From positions 29,727 through 93,726 of the forward strand of contig DCJH01000067.1 of NCBI GenBank assembly GCA_002317385.1: DNA of 64,000 bases, in the 5' to 3' direction. Origin of the DNA: Prevotella sp. UBA1705 (GTDB lineage Bacteria; Bacteroidota; Bacteroidia; Bacteroidales; Bacteroidaceae). Shown here piece by piece: positions 40,539-50,801 of this stretch. Each line of letters starts with the position of its first letter. Position 1 is the first letter of the stretch. The notes under the pieces were generated by a model. It made no database searches. It had not been told where the DNA came from and saw only the letters and a program-made list of their open reading frames with translations. Made by a program: the position numbers and the translations under genes.

Positions 40539-41018
40539 ATGAATAAGTTAAGTTATCTCATAATGCTGCTGGCTGGCATGCTGAGCATGGCCTCCTGCGG
40601 CAGCGACGACGTCGAGGAAAAGGACCTCGAAAACCCGGTTATCAGCGAGGCCGGCATCACCGCCAACCCCATCGACTGCCAGGTTTACAAGCGGGGCGAC
40701 GTCATTCCGTTCCAGTATGTATTCACCGACAACAAGGCTCTGGGCAGTTACAACATCGAAATCCACAACGATTTCGACCACCACACCCACAGCACGTCGG
40801 CTACCGACTGCCCGCTGGATGCCAAGAAGGAACCGGTTAATCCTTGGGTTTATAACCAGGATTTCACCATTCCGGCCGCTTCCAAATCCTTCACCGGACG
40901 TCAAGACATCAAGATTCCGACCACCATCGACACGGGCGACTATCATTTCATGATCAGACTCACCGACGAAGCCGGGCATCAACAAATCAAAGGCATTGCC
41001 ATTAAGATCACAGATTAA
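40539..41018 (+). CDS. DUF4625-like His-rich lipoprotein
   Basis: Lipobox MASC; IEIHNDFDHHTHST, GDYHFMIRLTD.AG. Confidence 0.8.
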   Translation: MNKLSYLIMLLAGMLSMASCGSDDVEEKDLENPVISEAGITANPIDCQVYKRGDVIPFQYVFTDNKALGSYNIEIHNDFDHHTHSTSATDCPLDAKKEPVNPWVYNQDFTIPAASKSFTGRQDIKIPTTIDTGDYHFMIRLTDEAGHQQIKGIAIKITD

Positions 41019-41105
41019 TAGTTAAAAGAAACGCATCGGGAGACTTCTTCACAATAAACTCCTCCCGATGGCGTTTCAACTATAACCAATAAAACACAAA
41101 TAAAA

Positions 41106-41567
41106 ATGAAGAAAATCATTCTTTTTGCCGCAGCCTGCGCCATGTTCGCAGCCTGCAACAACACGGGTAAGACCGGCGCTAACGCCAATGGTCAGGACTC
41201 TACGGTAGACTCCATGGAGGCTGCCACGGCAGATTCTGCTATCTACGAGGGCATGATGCCTGCCGCCGACACCTATGGCATCCGCTATCACCTGGCTATT
41301 GCCAAGGACTCCACCAACGGTTTCGACATCGAGGAGGCCTACATGAAGTCGGAAACAGAGGTTGACACCGCCCGCTACTACAAGGGAATTGCCGACGTCA
41401 TCAAGTCAAAGGATGGCAAGAAGACCTATTATAGCTTCGACACCGATGGCTCAGAGAGCATCAAGTTCCTCGTTCTCAACGACTCTACGCTGCGTATGGT
41501 GAACGACCAACTGGAGGAACCGATTGCCAAAGAGGGCATGAACTATGACCTGAAGCTCAAGAAATAA
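41106..41567 (+). CDS. NlpE N-terminal-like lipoprotein
   Basis: Lipobox FAAC; YEGMMPAADTYGIRY resembles NlpE YxGxLPCADCxGI; NDSTLRMVN, NYDLK. Confidence 0.65.
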   Translation: MKKIILFAAACAMFAACNNTGKTGANANGQDSTVDSMEAATADSAIYEGMMPAADTYGIRYHLAIAKDSTNGFDIEEAYMKSETEVDTARYYKGIADVIKSKDGKKTYYSFDTDGSESIKFLVLNDSTLRMVNDQLEEPIAKEGMNYDLKLKK

Positions 41568-41586
41568 TATACCATAACACAATGAC

Positions 41587-41640
41587 AAAACCCACCGAAA
41601 GGCCTGTTGCAGGACCATTTCGGTGGGTTTTCTGTTGTTT
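41587..41640. terminator. Bidirectional terminator
   Basis: aaaacccaccgaaa ... tttcggtgggtttt between convergent genes. Confidence 0.8.
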
Positions 41641-41651
41641 TCAGGAGGCTG

Positions 41652-41981
41652 TTATTTCGGCAACTTGCTGAGTTTCTCTCTCAGTTTGAGTGCCTTCTGG
41701 GCAGCTTTCATCTGCGTCTTATAGGCGTTCATCTGCTTGGACAGTTCCTTGAAGTTCTTGTTGGCCTCGTCATAGGCTCTCTTGGCATCCTTCATCTGCG
41801 ACTTGGCGTCGTTCACTTTGTCCTTCATGTTCTCATAATCAGCCTGAGCCTTGTTGGCGATGGTCTCCAACTGCTCAGTCGACATGGTGCGATAGTCGCC
41901 CGGTTTCTCATCTTGAGCACTTACTGTCTGTAATCCCAAAACTGCTGCCAAGGCAACAGGGAGTAGCAAATTCTTCTTCAT
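41652..41981 (-). CDS. Small exported coiled-coil protein
   Basis: Signal peptide MKKNLLLPVALAAVLGLQTVSA; K/A/E heptads; TATCTTTG at 42078-42085. Confidence 0.7.
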   Translation of the reverse strand: MKKNLLLPVALAAVLGLQTVSAQDEKPGDYRTMSTEQLETIANKAQADYENMKDKVNDAKSQMKDAKRAYDEANKNFKELSKQMNAYKTQMKAAQKALKLREKLSKLPK

Positions 41982-42381
41982 ATCTTGCATGTTCTTTAAT
42001 GAATGTTGTGTCATTAGATACGGCCCGACACCCATGCTCCAGCGCATCGGCAGTCCGGCCAGGAATCAATCATAATGCAAAGATAGTGAATAAATTGTTA
42101 TATTGTACCCTTTTGCTTGTAAATTTTTCAAGCGAAGCACCCCATTTCTCCCACTTTTTCCACCTATTATAATAGGTAGCCCGTAGCCGTCCTTTCAGAG
42201 TTTTCACCCCCGGAAGATGGTCATCCTTCAGCCTCCCGTAGCTTGCGCTATAACAAACAAGTAGGCATCAGCTGGTCTGCGAGAGCAAAGTTTTTCTGAG
42301 TTCCTCCTGCGTTTCATAGGCATTGTCACGGATATTTTGTAATTTTACACACGGTTCGCATGAACAAAGCGCAACAGTCGT

Positions 42382-43308
42382 ATGAGCAATAACGTGAAAA
42401 TTTTCGACATCAACTACTTCTCGTATCTGGACAAACCAGCTGTCTATGCGAGCAAAGGCTACTTTGCGCTGTCGCCCATCGACGTTTTTCCCGACTTCCA
42501 AGGGCAGGTTCGGGTCAACAGTCTACTCATGTTGTTCTGCCTCGAAGGCACCATCCATGTCACGCTCCATGAGCAACCTCTCGAATTGAGTAGCGGCATG
42601 TGCCTCATGGTGCCCCCCAACTCACTGGTGAGTCATGTCATTGCGAGCAAGGACTGCGTGTCGACGCTCATCGGCTACTCGCTGGAGATTGTGTCGAAGA
42701 TGCTGGCTGGCAGTCAGAAGGCATGGGAACTCTTTGCCCAGCTCACCCAAAAGCCGCTCATTTACAATGACCAACGCTACCTGCAAGACCGCTTGAAGAC
42801 CTTTCTCAACATCCTGAGATACCGCACAAGAAATAACGATCAGTATCTCGAAGAGTTGAGTTACCATCTGTTTGCGGCCCTGTTTTTCGATATTATCAAC
42901 GATATCCACGTGCCCCACGCCACTCATCCTACAGCCGACAGCACCGCCAAGAATCGCTATCGGGCCGGATTTATCTACAAGAAGTTCCTGCTTCTCGTGA
43001 GTGAAGACGATGGAGAGCATCGCAGCGTGGCCTATTATGCCGACAAACTCTACATCAGTCCGAAGTATTTATCTAAGATTGTGAAGAGCTATACGGGCAA
43101 ACCGGCCCAACGCATCATCCTGGAACATGTGGTGGAACGGATTAAAGTGGAACTGAAATACACCGAGCACCCCATGAAACGCATCTCTGAGCAGTTCCAT
43201 TTCGAGAACTATCCTTCGTTCTGCAAGTTCGTCAAGACCCACCTCGGGGTAACCGCGCAGGAATATCGAAGTGGAGAAAAACCGAAGGTCGGGCCTTTTT
43301 CCCGATAA
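42382..43308 (+). CDS. AraC-family transcriptional regulator
   Basis: Cupin-like N-domain; HRSVAYYADKLYISPKYLS, F.KFVKTHLGVT..EYR. Confidence 0.92.
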   Translation: MSNNVKIFDINYFSYLDKPAVYASKGYFALSPIDVFPDFQGQVRVNSLLMLFCLEGTIHVTLHEQPLELSSGMCLMVPPNSLVSHVIASKDCVSTLIGYSLEIVSKMLAGSQKAWELFAQLTQKPLIYNDQRYLQDRLKTFLNILRYRTRNNDQYLEELSYHLFAALFFDIINDIHVPHATHPTADSTAKNRYRAGFIYKKFLLLVSEDDGEHRSVAYYADKLYISPKYLSKIVKSYTGKPAQRIILEHVVERIKVELKYTEHPMKRISEQFHFENYPSFCKFVKTHLGVTAQEYRSGEKPKVGPFSR

Positions 43309-43441
43309 GATGCGGTGCGCAAGGGTTTTGTTCTAACCCTTGGCGGCCTTCGCATTCCTATTCCTTCTGTCTTTCTCCACTCCTGTTTTTATCGGCTGCA
43401 AACCCCTTTTTCTTCTGTCCTTACAGCCGAATAGTTCCCAA

Positions 43442-45745
43442 TCACTCATGGAAAAGCTGCTCGGGAGCAATGCTATGGAACGCCGATTCGTCGCTTTTCC
43501 TCAGTTGAACATCTGACATTCTGCCACGCCACGAGGGCCATCCCATGGAAATATTAGCCATAAAGACAACTTTAAAAGTATGCAATCCCTTTCCAAGTGC
43601 AATAGAAGTGTCGTGTCGCGAGCAACGTTTCACTTCATTAGAGTTGGAGATAAGTAACTTTCCATCAAGCCAAACTTGTTCGACATCGGCCGACCAATAG
43701 TAAACACCATCAGTCGGAATATCTACATAGCCCGTGGCTATCGACACATATCCTTGTTTAGCCCTACCCATATCCTCTATCTTCATCGTCGGATCAATCA
43801 TCTCTTTCAAACTCTTAATTTTGCAGACCGACCAGTCTTGGGCAGTCTGATCGACCTCTGAAATATTGTGGAAGAAGCCCTTGGTACGACGAAGAATAAG
43901 TCCGGGCTGTACTCCAGTCACCTGACATGCCGGCTGCAACGGTTGTTTCACCACCTCGACATCTCTAACCTGACTCATCTTTCCCGAAGACAATAGGGTA
44001 GCAATTCTAACACGCGTTGATCGGGTTAGCTCAATAGGAGCACTATAGATGGTAGAAGTTGCTGTAGGCATGCTCCCATCAAGCGTGTAGACCATGGTTA
44101 ACGGACGCGTTGTGGTGAAGATGAGCTGAACCTTATCAACAAAGGCCACGGTGTTGCATGAGCCATTTGGCTGCTCAGGAAGAGGGATATGATAGGTGAA
44201 ATTCATTTTATCCAGATACTGAGCACAGGCCTTATCAGCACGTCGGCAGAAGTCGTCAAAATTCTTCCGTACCAATGGTGACCACGCTATTTCAGCCAGC
44301 GCCAAGGCTCGCGGATACATCATATACTCCATTTTCTCATTAGTGTACATATATTCTGACCAACTACAGCCCTGTACTCCGATAACGTGGCTGTCCTTAC
44401 CCTCTTTGACTAATAATTCCGGCACAGGATCATAACCATAGATCTTAGATAACAGAAACGGCGTACCGTTACCGATGGTCACAGGTTCCACTCTGTAATC
44501 TCCCTGATAATAGTCAAGATAGAGGCCATTACGACTACTTGCCATAATCACATCATGCCCTTGCAAAGCGGCGGCAACACCTCCTTCCTCCCCACGCCAT
44601 GACATAACAGTAGCATTAGGGCTCAGTCCTCCCTCAAGGATTTCATCCCACCCTATCATCTTCTTACCATACTTCTCTACTACCTTTTCCATACGCTTTA
44701 TAAAGTAGCTCTGCAGTCGCTCCTCTGCCGTGTGGCAGTTGTCAGCCTCCAAATGTTTCTCGGCTATCGTAGCTTGACATGACGGGCACTGCTTCCAGCG
44801 ACCCTTACGACACTCGTCTCCACCCAGGTGAAAATAAGGCGACGGGAACAATGGCACTACCTCCTTGATCACATCCTCCAGAAAACCATACACCATTTCC
44901 TTGCCGGGACATAGTACGATGTCCTCAATACCCCATATTATACGTGGCGTATGCACTTCATTGAAGCAAGACAATTCTGGATAGGCAGCTATGGCGCTCA
45001 TCATATGCCCAGGCATGTCAACCTCGGGAATAACCATGACATGTCTATCAGCCGCATACTTCACGATATCCTTAATTTCCTCTTGTGTATAGTAGCCAGT
45101 ATGAGTATTTCCTTCGACCTCTTTACGTGTGGCCCCTACCTCAATAAGACGCGGGTACTTCTTGATTTCAATACGCCATCCTTGGTCATCGGTGAGGTGG
45201 AAGTGGAGGGTGTTGATCTTGAACAAAGCCATCAAGTCAATCTGCTTTTTCACATTCTCCACAGTAATAAAATGGCGGCATGGGTCAAGATGGAAGCCGC
45301 GATATCCAAAGCGAGGATAGTCTTCTATGCGACAACAAGGGGCCGGAGTACCCAACTGGATCAGACTTTGCAGACCATAGAATGCACCACGAGGAGACTT
45401 TGCCCGTATAGTTACAGTCTTCTTATCCACAGTCAGGATATACCCTTCGTCCGAAGATATATTAAGCGTTGAGTCGATGTGTATGGAAATCTCAGCCTTG
45501 CCAGAAGAGACTATCACCCTCACTCCATAGAGGGTCCTCATCTTATCAGCAAAGAGCTGTAACATGGAGTTCGCCTCAGGCAGGTCTGCACTAATTCTCG
45601 TTCGGCTGGAATATCGGAAAGAGCCTTGCCGTTCGGTCACATTAACAGGTATCGGGATAATATCCGTCACCTTACCCCAAGCCCCTGCACTCATCATCAG
45701 CAGGATAAATAAAATCAATAATTGGTGTTTCATTGCGGTTTTCAT
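43442..45745 (-). CDS. GH20 beta-N-acetylhexosaminidase with Fn3-associated and PA14-like tail
   Basis: DYPRFGYRG.HLDPCRHF, HFHLTDDQGWR, PEVDMPGH, HLGGDE, WSEY, YPRALALAE. Confidence 0.93.
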   Translation of the reverse strand: MKTAMKHQLLILFILLMMSAGAWGKVTDIIPIPVNVTERQGSFRYSSRTRISADLPEANSMLQLFADKMRTLYGVRVIVSSGKAEISIHIDSTLNISSDEGYILTVDKKTVTIRAKSPRGAFYGLQSLIQLGTPAPCCRIEDYPRFGYRGFHLDPCRHFITVENVKKQIDLMALFKINTLHFHLTDDQGWRIEIKKYPRLIEVGATRKEVEGNTHTGYYTQEEIKDIVKYAADRHVMVIPEVDMPGHMMSAIAAYPELSCFNEVHTPRIIWGIEDIVLCPGKEMVYGFLEDVIKEVVPLFPSPYFHLGGDECRKGRWKQCPSCQATIAEKHLEADNCHTAEERLQSYFIKRMEKVVEKYGKKMIGWDEILEGGLSPNATVMSWRGEEGGVAAALQGHDVIMASSRNGLYLDYYQGDYRVEPVTIGNGTPFLLSKIYGYDPVPELLVKEGKDSHVIGVQGCSWSEYMYTNEKMEYMMYPRALALAEIAWSPLVRKNFDDFCRRADKACAQYLDKMNFTYHIPLPEQPNGSCNTVAFVDKVQLIFTTTRPLTMVYTLDGSMPTATSTIYSAPIELTRSTRVRIATLLSSGKMSQVRDVEVVKQPLQPACQVTGVQPGLILRRTKGFFHNISEVDQTAQDWSVCKIKSLKEMIDPTMKIEDMGRAKQGYVSIATGYVDIPTDGVYYWSADVEQVWLDGKLLISNSNEVKRCSRHDTSIALGKGLHTFKVVFMANISMGWPSWRGRMSDVQLRKSDESAFHSIAPEQLFHE

Positions 45746-45932
45746 TGGTTATTATCAAATGGTTGATGGTATCTGAACATTATTGTTCGTATGTACTCTG
45801 CTCTATCGGCAGTCTTTTGCCACCCTTAAAAAGATATGCCAAGAGCCCTCGTAAAGACTCCCAACATACCTTTAACATTGCCATACATAGAACATTAGTA
45901 TGCCTCATAGGCATCTATGTGTATAATTTCTA

Positions 45933-47924
45933 TTATAATGGTTTATACTCCACAAAGGCCTCCATAGCCTCGTAGCAAGCCAGTCCGAGCTTGTCGTAGA
46001 GCTCTGCCGTGCCACGGTTGCGGTCTTCGGCGCGCTGCCAGAACAGGCGCTCGTCGTTGCCGAGGAACGGTGCACTCTCCATCTGCGACTGGTGCTTGAG
46101 GATGGCATTACGCTTGGTACGCAGCTCCTCGGGGCTCATGGGCACACACATCTCTATGTTTTCGAGTTCCCACTCGGCCCAGGCACCGCGATACATCCAT
46201 ATGCGACAGTCTTTGAGCCACTCTGCCTTGTCCTGCTTCTCCAGGTCGATGGCGGCCAGCACGGCGTCGGTGCACTTGCGATGGGTGCCGTGGGGGTCGG
46301 CCAGGTCGCCGGCCACATATATCTGATGGGGCTTCACCTGCTGCAGAAGCTGGCGCACAATCTCCACGTCTTTCTCCGTCATGGGGTTCTTCTCAATCTT
46401 TCCGCTCTCATAGAACGGCAGGTCGAGGAAGTGGACATGGTCGAGCGGAATCTTGTTGTAGGTGCAGGCCGTGCGGGCTTCACCTCGTCGGATGAGTCCC
46501 TTGATGGTGAGCACGTCCTGGATATCCAGGTCGCCCTCCTTCTTTTTCAGGAAGAAATCCTTGATCTCCTTGTACTTATCGCTCACCACCTTGTCCTCAG
46601 AGTTGGCGAAGAGCTGGTTGAATCCGTTGATGAAGTGCATGAAGCGCGTCACTTCTTCGTCGCCCACGGCAATGTTTCCACTGGTCTCATAGACAATGTG
46701 CACGTCGTGGTTCTGCTTCACCAGGCGCTGGATGGTGCCTCCCATCGATATCACATCGTCGTCGGGATGGGGCGAGAATACCACCACCCGCTTAGGATAG
46801 GGCGTGGCACGCTCGGGCCGATAGGTGTCGTCGGCATTGGGTTTGCCGCCCGGCCAGCCCGTGATGGTGTGCTGAAGGTCGTTGAAAATCTTGATGTTGG
46901 CATCGTAGGCCGAGCCGTAGAGGGCCAGCAACTCGCTCAGACCATTCTCGTTATAGTCTTTGTTGGTGAGCTTGAGGATGGGCTTCTGGGTCAGTCCGCA
47001 GAGCCAGATGAGCGCCGAGCGCACCAGCTTGTCGGTCCAGTGGCACGAGGTGACGAGCCAAGGCAGCTTGATGCGGGTGAGCTGTGAGGCTGCGGGCAGG
47101 TCGATCACGAGGCGCGCATGGTTGTGAGTCTGGAGGAAAGAAGCCGGCACCGTGTCTGAGATCTTGCCCTCGGTGGCGTCTCTCACCATCAGGGCTTTCT
47201 CTTCGCCCCATGCTGCGATATAGATGTTGTGGGCCTTAAGGATGGTCGACATGCCCATCGTGAGACAGCAGGGAGGTACCTGTTCGCCACTGGCGAAGCT
47301 CTTGCTCATCTCCACACGCGACAGACTATCGGTGAGGATAATCCTCGTCATGGAGCCGAGTCCGGAGCCCGGCTCGTTGGCTGCGATATTGCCAATGCGG
47401 CCGATGCCGAAGAGGGCGATGTCTAATCCGCCGAAGGTCTGGATGCGCTGTTCATAGAGTCGGCAGTAGTCCGACACCGCATCCTGGCTGATGGTGCCGT
47501 CGAGCGAGAACACGTTCTGCGGTTCTATATCCACCTTGTCGAGGAACATGCTCTTCAACTGCAGAATACTCTTGCAGTTGCTGTTGGCTGTGAGCGGATA
47601 ATACTCGTAGCCGTTGAACACCACCACGTTGCGGAAGCTCAGGCCTTTCTTGTGGCGGCGCACCAGCTCCTCGTACACCGGGGCGAGTGAGGTACCCGTG
47701 CCGAGGGCCATGACACAGAAGTTTCCTTCCAGCTCCTTGGTCTTGATCTTCTTCTCTATGTCGTCGGCGATGCTCTTGGCACCCTCGGCTATCGATGTGA
47801 AAATGTCGGTGGGGACACGCTCCATGCGCGTGATCTCCGAGCGGTCGAGCACCGTCTTGGGCTGATACAGGGCGTGGGGCACCTTATTTAATACAATCTG
47901 CGAACTGAGATTTAGTTTCACCAT
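45933..47924 (-). CDS. NagB-like domain fused to PIG-L/LmbE deacetylase-like domain
   Basis: N-terminal NagB fold; C-terminal SPHPDDD, DPHGTH, HQSQ. Confidence 0.88.
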   Translation of the reverse strand: MVKLNLSSQIVLNKVPHALYQPKTVLDRSEITRMERVPTDIFTSIAEGAKSIADDIEKKIKTKELEGNFCVMALGTGTSLAPVYEELVRRHKKGLSFRNVVVFNGYEYYPLTANSNCKSILQLKSMFLDKVDIEPQNVFSLDGTISQDAVSDYCRLYEQRIQTFGGLDIALFGIGRIGNIAANEPGSGLGSMTRIILTDSLSRVEMSKSFASGEQVPPCCLTMGMSTILKAHNIYIAAWGEEKALMVRDATEGKISDTVPASFLQTHNHARLVIDLPAASQLTRIKLPWLVTSCHWTDKLVRSALIWLCGLTQKPILKLTNKDYNENGLSELLALYGSAYDANIKIFNDLQHTITGWPGGKPNADDTYRPERATPYPKRVVVFSPHPDDDVISMGGTIQRLVKQNHDVHIVYETSGNIAVGDEEVTRFMHFINGFNQLFANSEDKVVSDKYKEIKDFFLKKKEGDLDIQDVLTIKGLIRRGEARTACTYNKIPLDHVHFLDLPFYESGKIEKNPMTEKDVEIVRQLLQQVKPHQIYVAGDLADPHGTHRKCTDAVLAAIDLEKQDKAEWLKDCRIWMYRGAWAEWELENIEMCVPMSPEELRTKRNAILKHQSQMESAPFLGNDERLFWQRAEDRNRGTAELYDKLGLACYEAMEAFVEYKPL

Positions 47925-47965
47925 AATATATATTCCTTATTCTTTGTCGTTGTTTGTATTGCTCA

Positions 47966-48754
47966 TTAATCCACGCGCTCAATGTCCTTGAAGTAGCGAT
48001 AGGTAGCCACCTTGAGCTCGGCCACGGCTGCCTCGTCGGTCACGATGATGCTGTGGGGGTGGGTCTGCAGGGCACTGATGGTCCACTGCTGTGTCACCGG
48101 GCCCTCGACGGCTGCCTGCAGGGCACGTGCCTTACCATATCCGTTGCAGAGGATGAGCACCTCGCGGGCATCCATCACCGTGCCTACGCCCACCGTGAGG
48201 GCATGAGAGGGCACTGCGTCGGGGTCGTTGCCAAAGAATCGCGAGTTGGCAATCTTAGTATCGGTGGTGAGGGTTTTTACGCGTGTGCGTGAGGTAAGAG
48301 AGGAGAACGGCTCGTTGAACGCGATGTGACCATCGGGTCCGATGCCACCCAGAAACAGGTCGATGCCGCCGGCTTCCTTGATTTTCTGCTCGTAGCTGCG
48401 GCACTCTTCTTCCAGGTCGGGGGCGTTGCCGTTGAGGATGTGGATATTCTCCTTGGGGCAGTCGATATGGTCGAACAGATGCTTGGCCATGAAAGAGTGG
48501 TAGCTCTCGGGGTGACTCTCGGGCAGACCCACATATTCGTCCATGTTGAAAGTGAGCACATGACGGAACGACACGCGCTTCTCGGCCACGGCCTTCACCA
48601 GTTCGGCATACATGCCCTCGGGCGAAGAGCCGGTGGGCAAGCCCAGAACGAACGGGCGCTCCTGCGTGGGTTTGAATGCGTTAATCTTCTCAATGACGTA
48701 GTTGGCAGCCCATTTGGACAAGGCTTCATAGTTCGGATTGATGATCAGTCTCAT
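47966..48754 (-). CDS. nagB: Glucosamine-6-phosphate deaminase
   Basis: [38 protein letters not shown]. Confidence 0.97.
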   Translation of the reverse strand: MRLIINPNYEALSKWAANYVIEKINAFKPTQERPFVLGLPTGSSPEGMYAELVKAVAEKRVSFRHVLTFNMDEYVGLPESHPESYHSFMAKHLFDHIDCPKENIHILNGNAPDLEEECRSYEQKIKEAGGIDLFLGGIGPDGHIAFNEPFSSLTSRTRVKTLTTDTKIANSRFFGNDPDAVPSHALTVGVGTVMDAREVLILCNGYGKARALQAAVEGPVTQQWTISALQTHPHSIIVTDEAAVAELKVATYRYFKDIERVD

Positions 48755-49117
48755 AAGATTGGATTTATATAATGATTATTTCTGCTGCAAAGAAACGAAT
48801 AAAATCAACGCGCATGGGTATCAAAATCTCACCATACACTATCAAAAAAGAGTTAAACCGCTACTCCGTCGCCTATCGAACTCATCCCGATCATTCTGCC
48901 ATCAACCCACTTAGGACGCACAGCCACAGAGATTTCCTCCTGCTGTCAGCATTTCCTGTCATCAAAATATTTCCCCCAAGTTCATCCCGCAGAGTAGCTT
49001 TCGCGGAGGCTTCACGCCGCCTAACTCCAACTTCCACGCCTTCCCAGTCTGAGGAATACAGCAGCGTCTTTTCTGCCTCTCATCATCCACTGCTCAGAAG
49101 AGCCGTCTACCCTCCGA

Positions 49118-49254
49118 GCGATAAGGTAGTAATCGTCTCGCGTTTAGGTACTAATCCACGCGCGATTTGGTACTAATCGCGAGACGATTCGGTACTAATC
49201 CCAAAAGGGTTTCTGCAGAATTGTCTTGTCATTATATAACTATCTGACTATCAG
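49118..49254. repeat. 22-bp-period intergenic element, copy D
   Basis: Four contiguous 22-mers from 49118, 49140, 49162, 49184 (consensus GCGATWAGGTACTAATCGC); side box taactatctgactatcag at 49237-49254. Confidence 0.85.
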
Positions 49255-49428
49255 TATGTACCATCATTCGTCCATTTGTATCATACCTTTACCCAACCAG
49301 CCACTCTTTTGAATAAGAGCAAGCCTCGAATCTCACACAGATAACACAGACCTTTCACAGATTCGTAGCCCTAATGGCAGATGCCCCTATTGGGCAAACA
49401 AAAATAAAATCGCGAATCAACGGGCATC

Positions 49429-49468
49429 AAAAAAGATGGGGATAAGTCTATGGACTTATCCCCATCTT
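49429..49468 (-). terminator. ssrA intrinsic terminator
   Basis: aagatggggataagtc-tatg-gacttatccccatctt perfect hairpin with U run on the minus strand. Confidence 0.9.
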
Positions 49469-49480
49469 AGCTGTTCCGGG

Positions 49481-49876
49481 TGGAGCTGGTGGGATTCGAA
49501 CCCACGTCCAAACAGGGAAACCATACGCTTTCTACATGCTTATTCCAGCCTTCGGTTTTCGTGCAACGGCAAGACCTGGACCACCAACCGCTGCCTTAGC
49601 CTCTAAATTTCACCCGAGCATCGAGGCCTACGCGAGCTATTTCCGATTTCTCTGCACCGCTAATCCCTCAGATTCGGAACCACATCCTTGGAGCGATGTC
49701 TCGTCCCATCACCTGGTGACGGGATAAAGCCAGTAATCTACTGTACTTCGATTAGGCAGCGAGAGCGTAATTGTTTTCGCCAATTAAATTTTTGACCACT
49801 CAGATTAGGGAGGTAGCCGCCGAGCCTCCGCATGCTTACATATCATCTCATCCTGCTGTCAAATCCAGTCAACCCC
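49481..49876 (-). ncRNA. ssrA: tmRNA
   Basis: 5' GGGGTTGACTGG, 3' GTGGGTTCGAATCCCACCAGCTCCA with G3-U pair; tag frame GENNYALAA* at 49781-49752; CCA not encoded (CCC follows); TAAATTTG box at 49992-49999. Confidence 0.97.
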
Positions 49877-50180
49877 AGGAGATGGCAGCGCGCTGAATAT
49901 CAGCAGACTGCATGAGCAAAACCCTCCGAATGTGGAACAAATGTGACAACATATCGTCATTATGCTCCTCAGTCTTGGGCTTTTCTGGCTGCAAATTTAC
50001 ACATTTTATTGATAACAATTCGTTTTTAGGGGAAAATATTCATGCCCCGACTCATTATTTTTTGCACTTCGAGGGCTGTATCACACAATCTTTCAATAGA
50101 AATAACTTTTTTAAATATCTTTTAAAATGAGGCCTTGTTTAACGAAAAACCCGTATCTTTGCATATTATTCGTAAACGAT

Positions 50181-50801
50181 ATGAAAAGAATTTTAGTAGC
50201 ACTCGTGTTTTTCTTTGGGATAATGAGCGCCGTCAATGCCCAAAGTAGCCATTTTGAACAATACGACGTAGTAGTAACACCGCACGTCGGTGCCACCTAT
50301 TCTTATCTGAACTCCAACGTAGACAAGTGGAGGTTCGGCGTGGCCGGAGGTGCCTCTGTGAGCTATTATTTCTCGAGGAAGATAGCCACCGAGTTCGATC
50401 TGACCTACTCTTGGCTGGGCGCCAAGGACCTCTATCAGAGTTCCAACACCCAGATTGGACCCTACAACTACGACTTGCACTACATCAACACCGATGTTCT
50501 GGCCAAGTGGTATGTGATGAAAGACCTGAGCCTCTTCACCGGACTGCACCTTGGCAAGCTCTTCAGCGCCAAGCAGAAGTTTGATGGTCAGACCACCGAA
50601 GTGAAGGATTTCATGAGTCGCGGACACATTGCCGTACCCGTGGGAGCCGCATACGATTTCGGCAAACTATGCTTGGACGCACGCTATTACTTCCCCATCA
50701 ACAAGCTGCCCAATAAGGACAATCCCGACGGCATACTCCATCCCAACACCCGTGCGATAGGCGTTGTGGTAACGGTGGGCTATAAGATTCTGGTGATGTA
50801 A
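50181..50801 (+). CDS. Outer-membrane beta-barrel (porin/PorT-like) protein
   Basis: Signal peptide, alternating beta strands, LDARY, C-terminal VTVGYKI; TATCTTTG at 50154-50161. Confidence 0.75.
   Translation: MKRILVALVFFFGIMSAVNAQSSHFEQYDVVVTPHVGATYSYLNSNVDKWRFGVAGGASVSYYFSRKIATEFDLTYSWLGAKDLYQSSNTQIGPYNYDLHYINTDVLAKWYVMKDLSLFTGLHLGKLFSAKQKFDGQTTEVKDFMSRGHIAVPVGAAYDFGKLCLDARYYFPINKLPNKDNPDGILHPNTRAIGVVVTVGYKILVM

Noticed and set aside
43442-45930. GH20 gene as a mobile island (lower GC by eye)
   Set aside because: No flanking repeats or mobility genes; it fits functionally with the nag cluster.
48772-49176. Small intergenic ORFs (also 57592-57936, 36171-36452, 25749-25937)
   Set aside because: They are translations of repeat elements with no protein-like features.
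49118-49205. 22-bp arrays as CRISPR or plasmid iterons
   Set aside because: No spacer-length unique segments, no rep or cas gene, and copies are dispersed among core genes.
48760-49480. Integrated element at the ssrA 3' end
   Set aside because: No integrase and no duplicated ssrA 3' end seen; the native terminator follows directly.
49481-49510. tRNA gene
   Set aside because: The T-arm and acceptor belong to tmRNA (tag frame and 5' end present).
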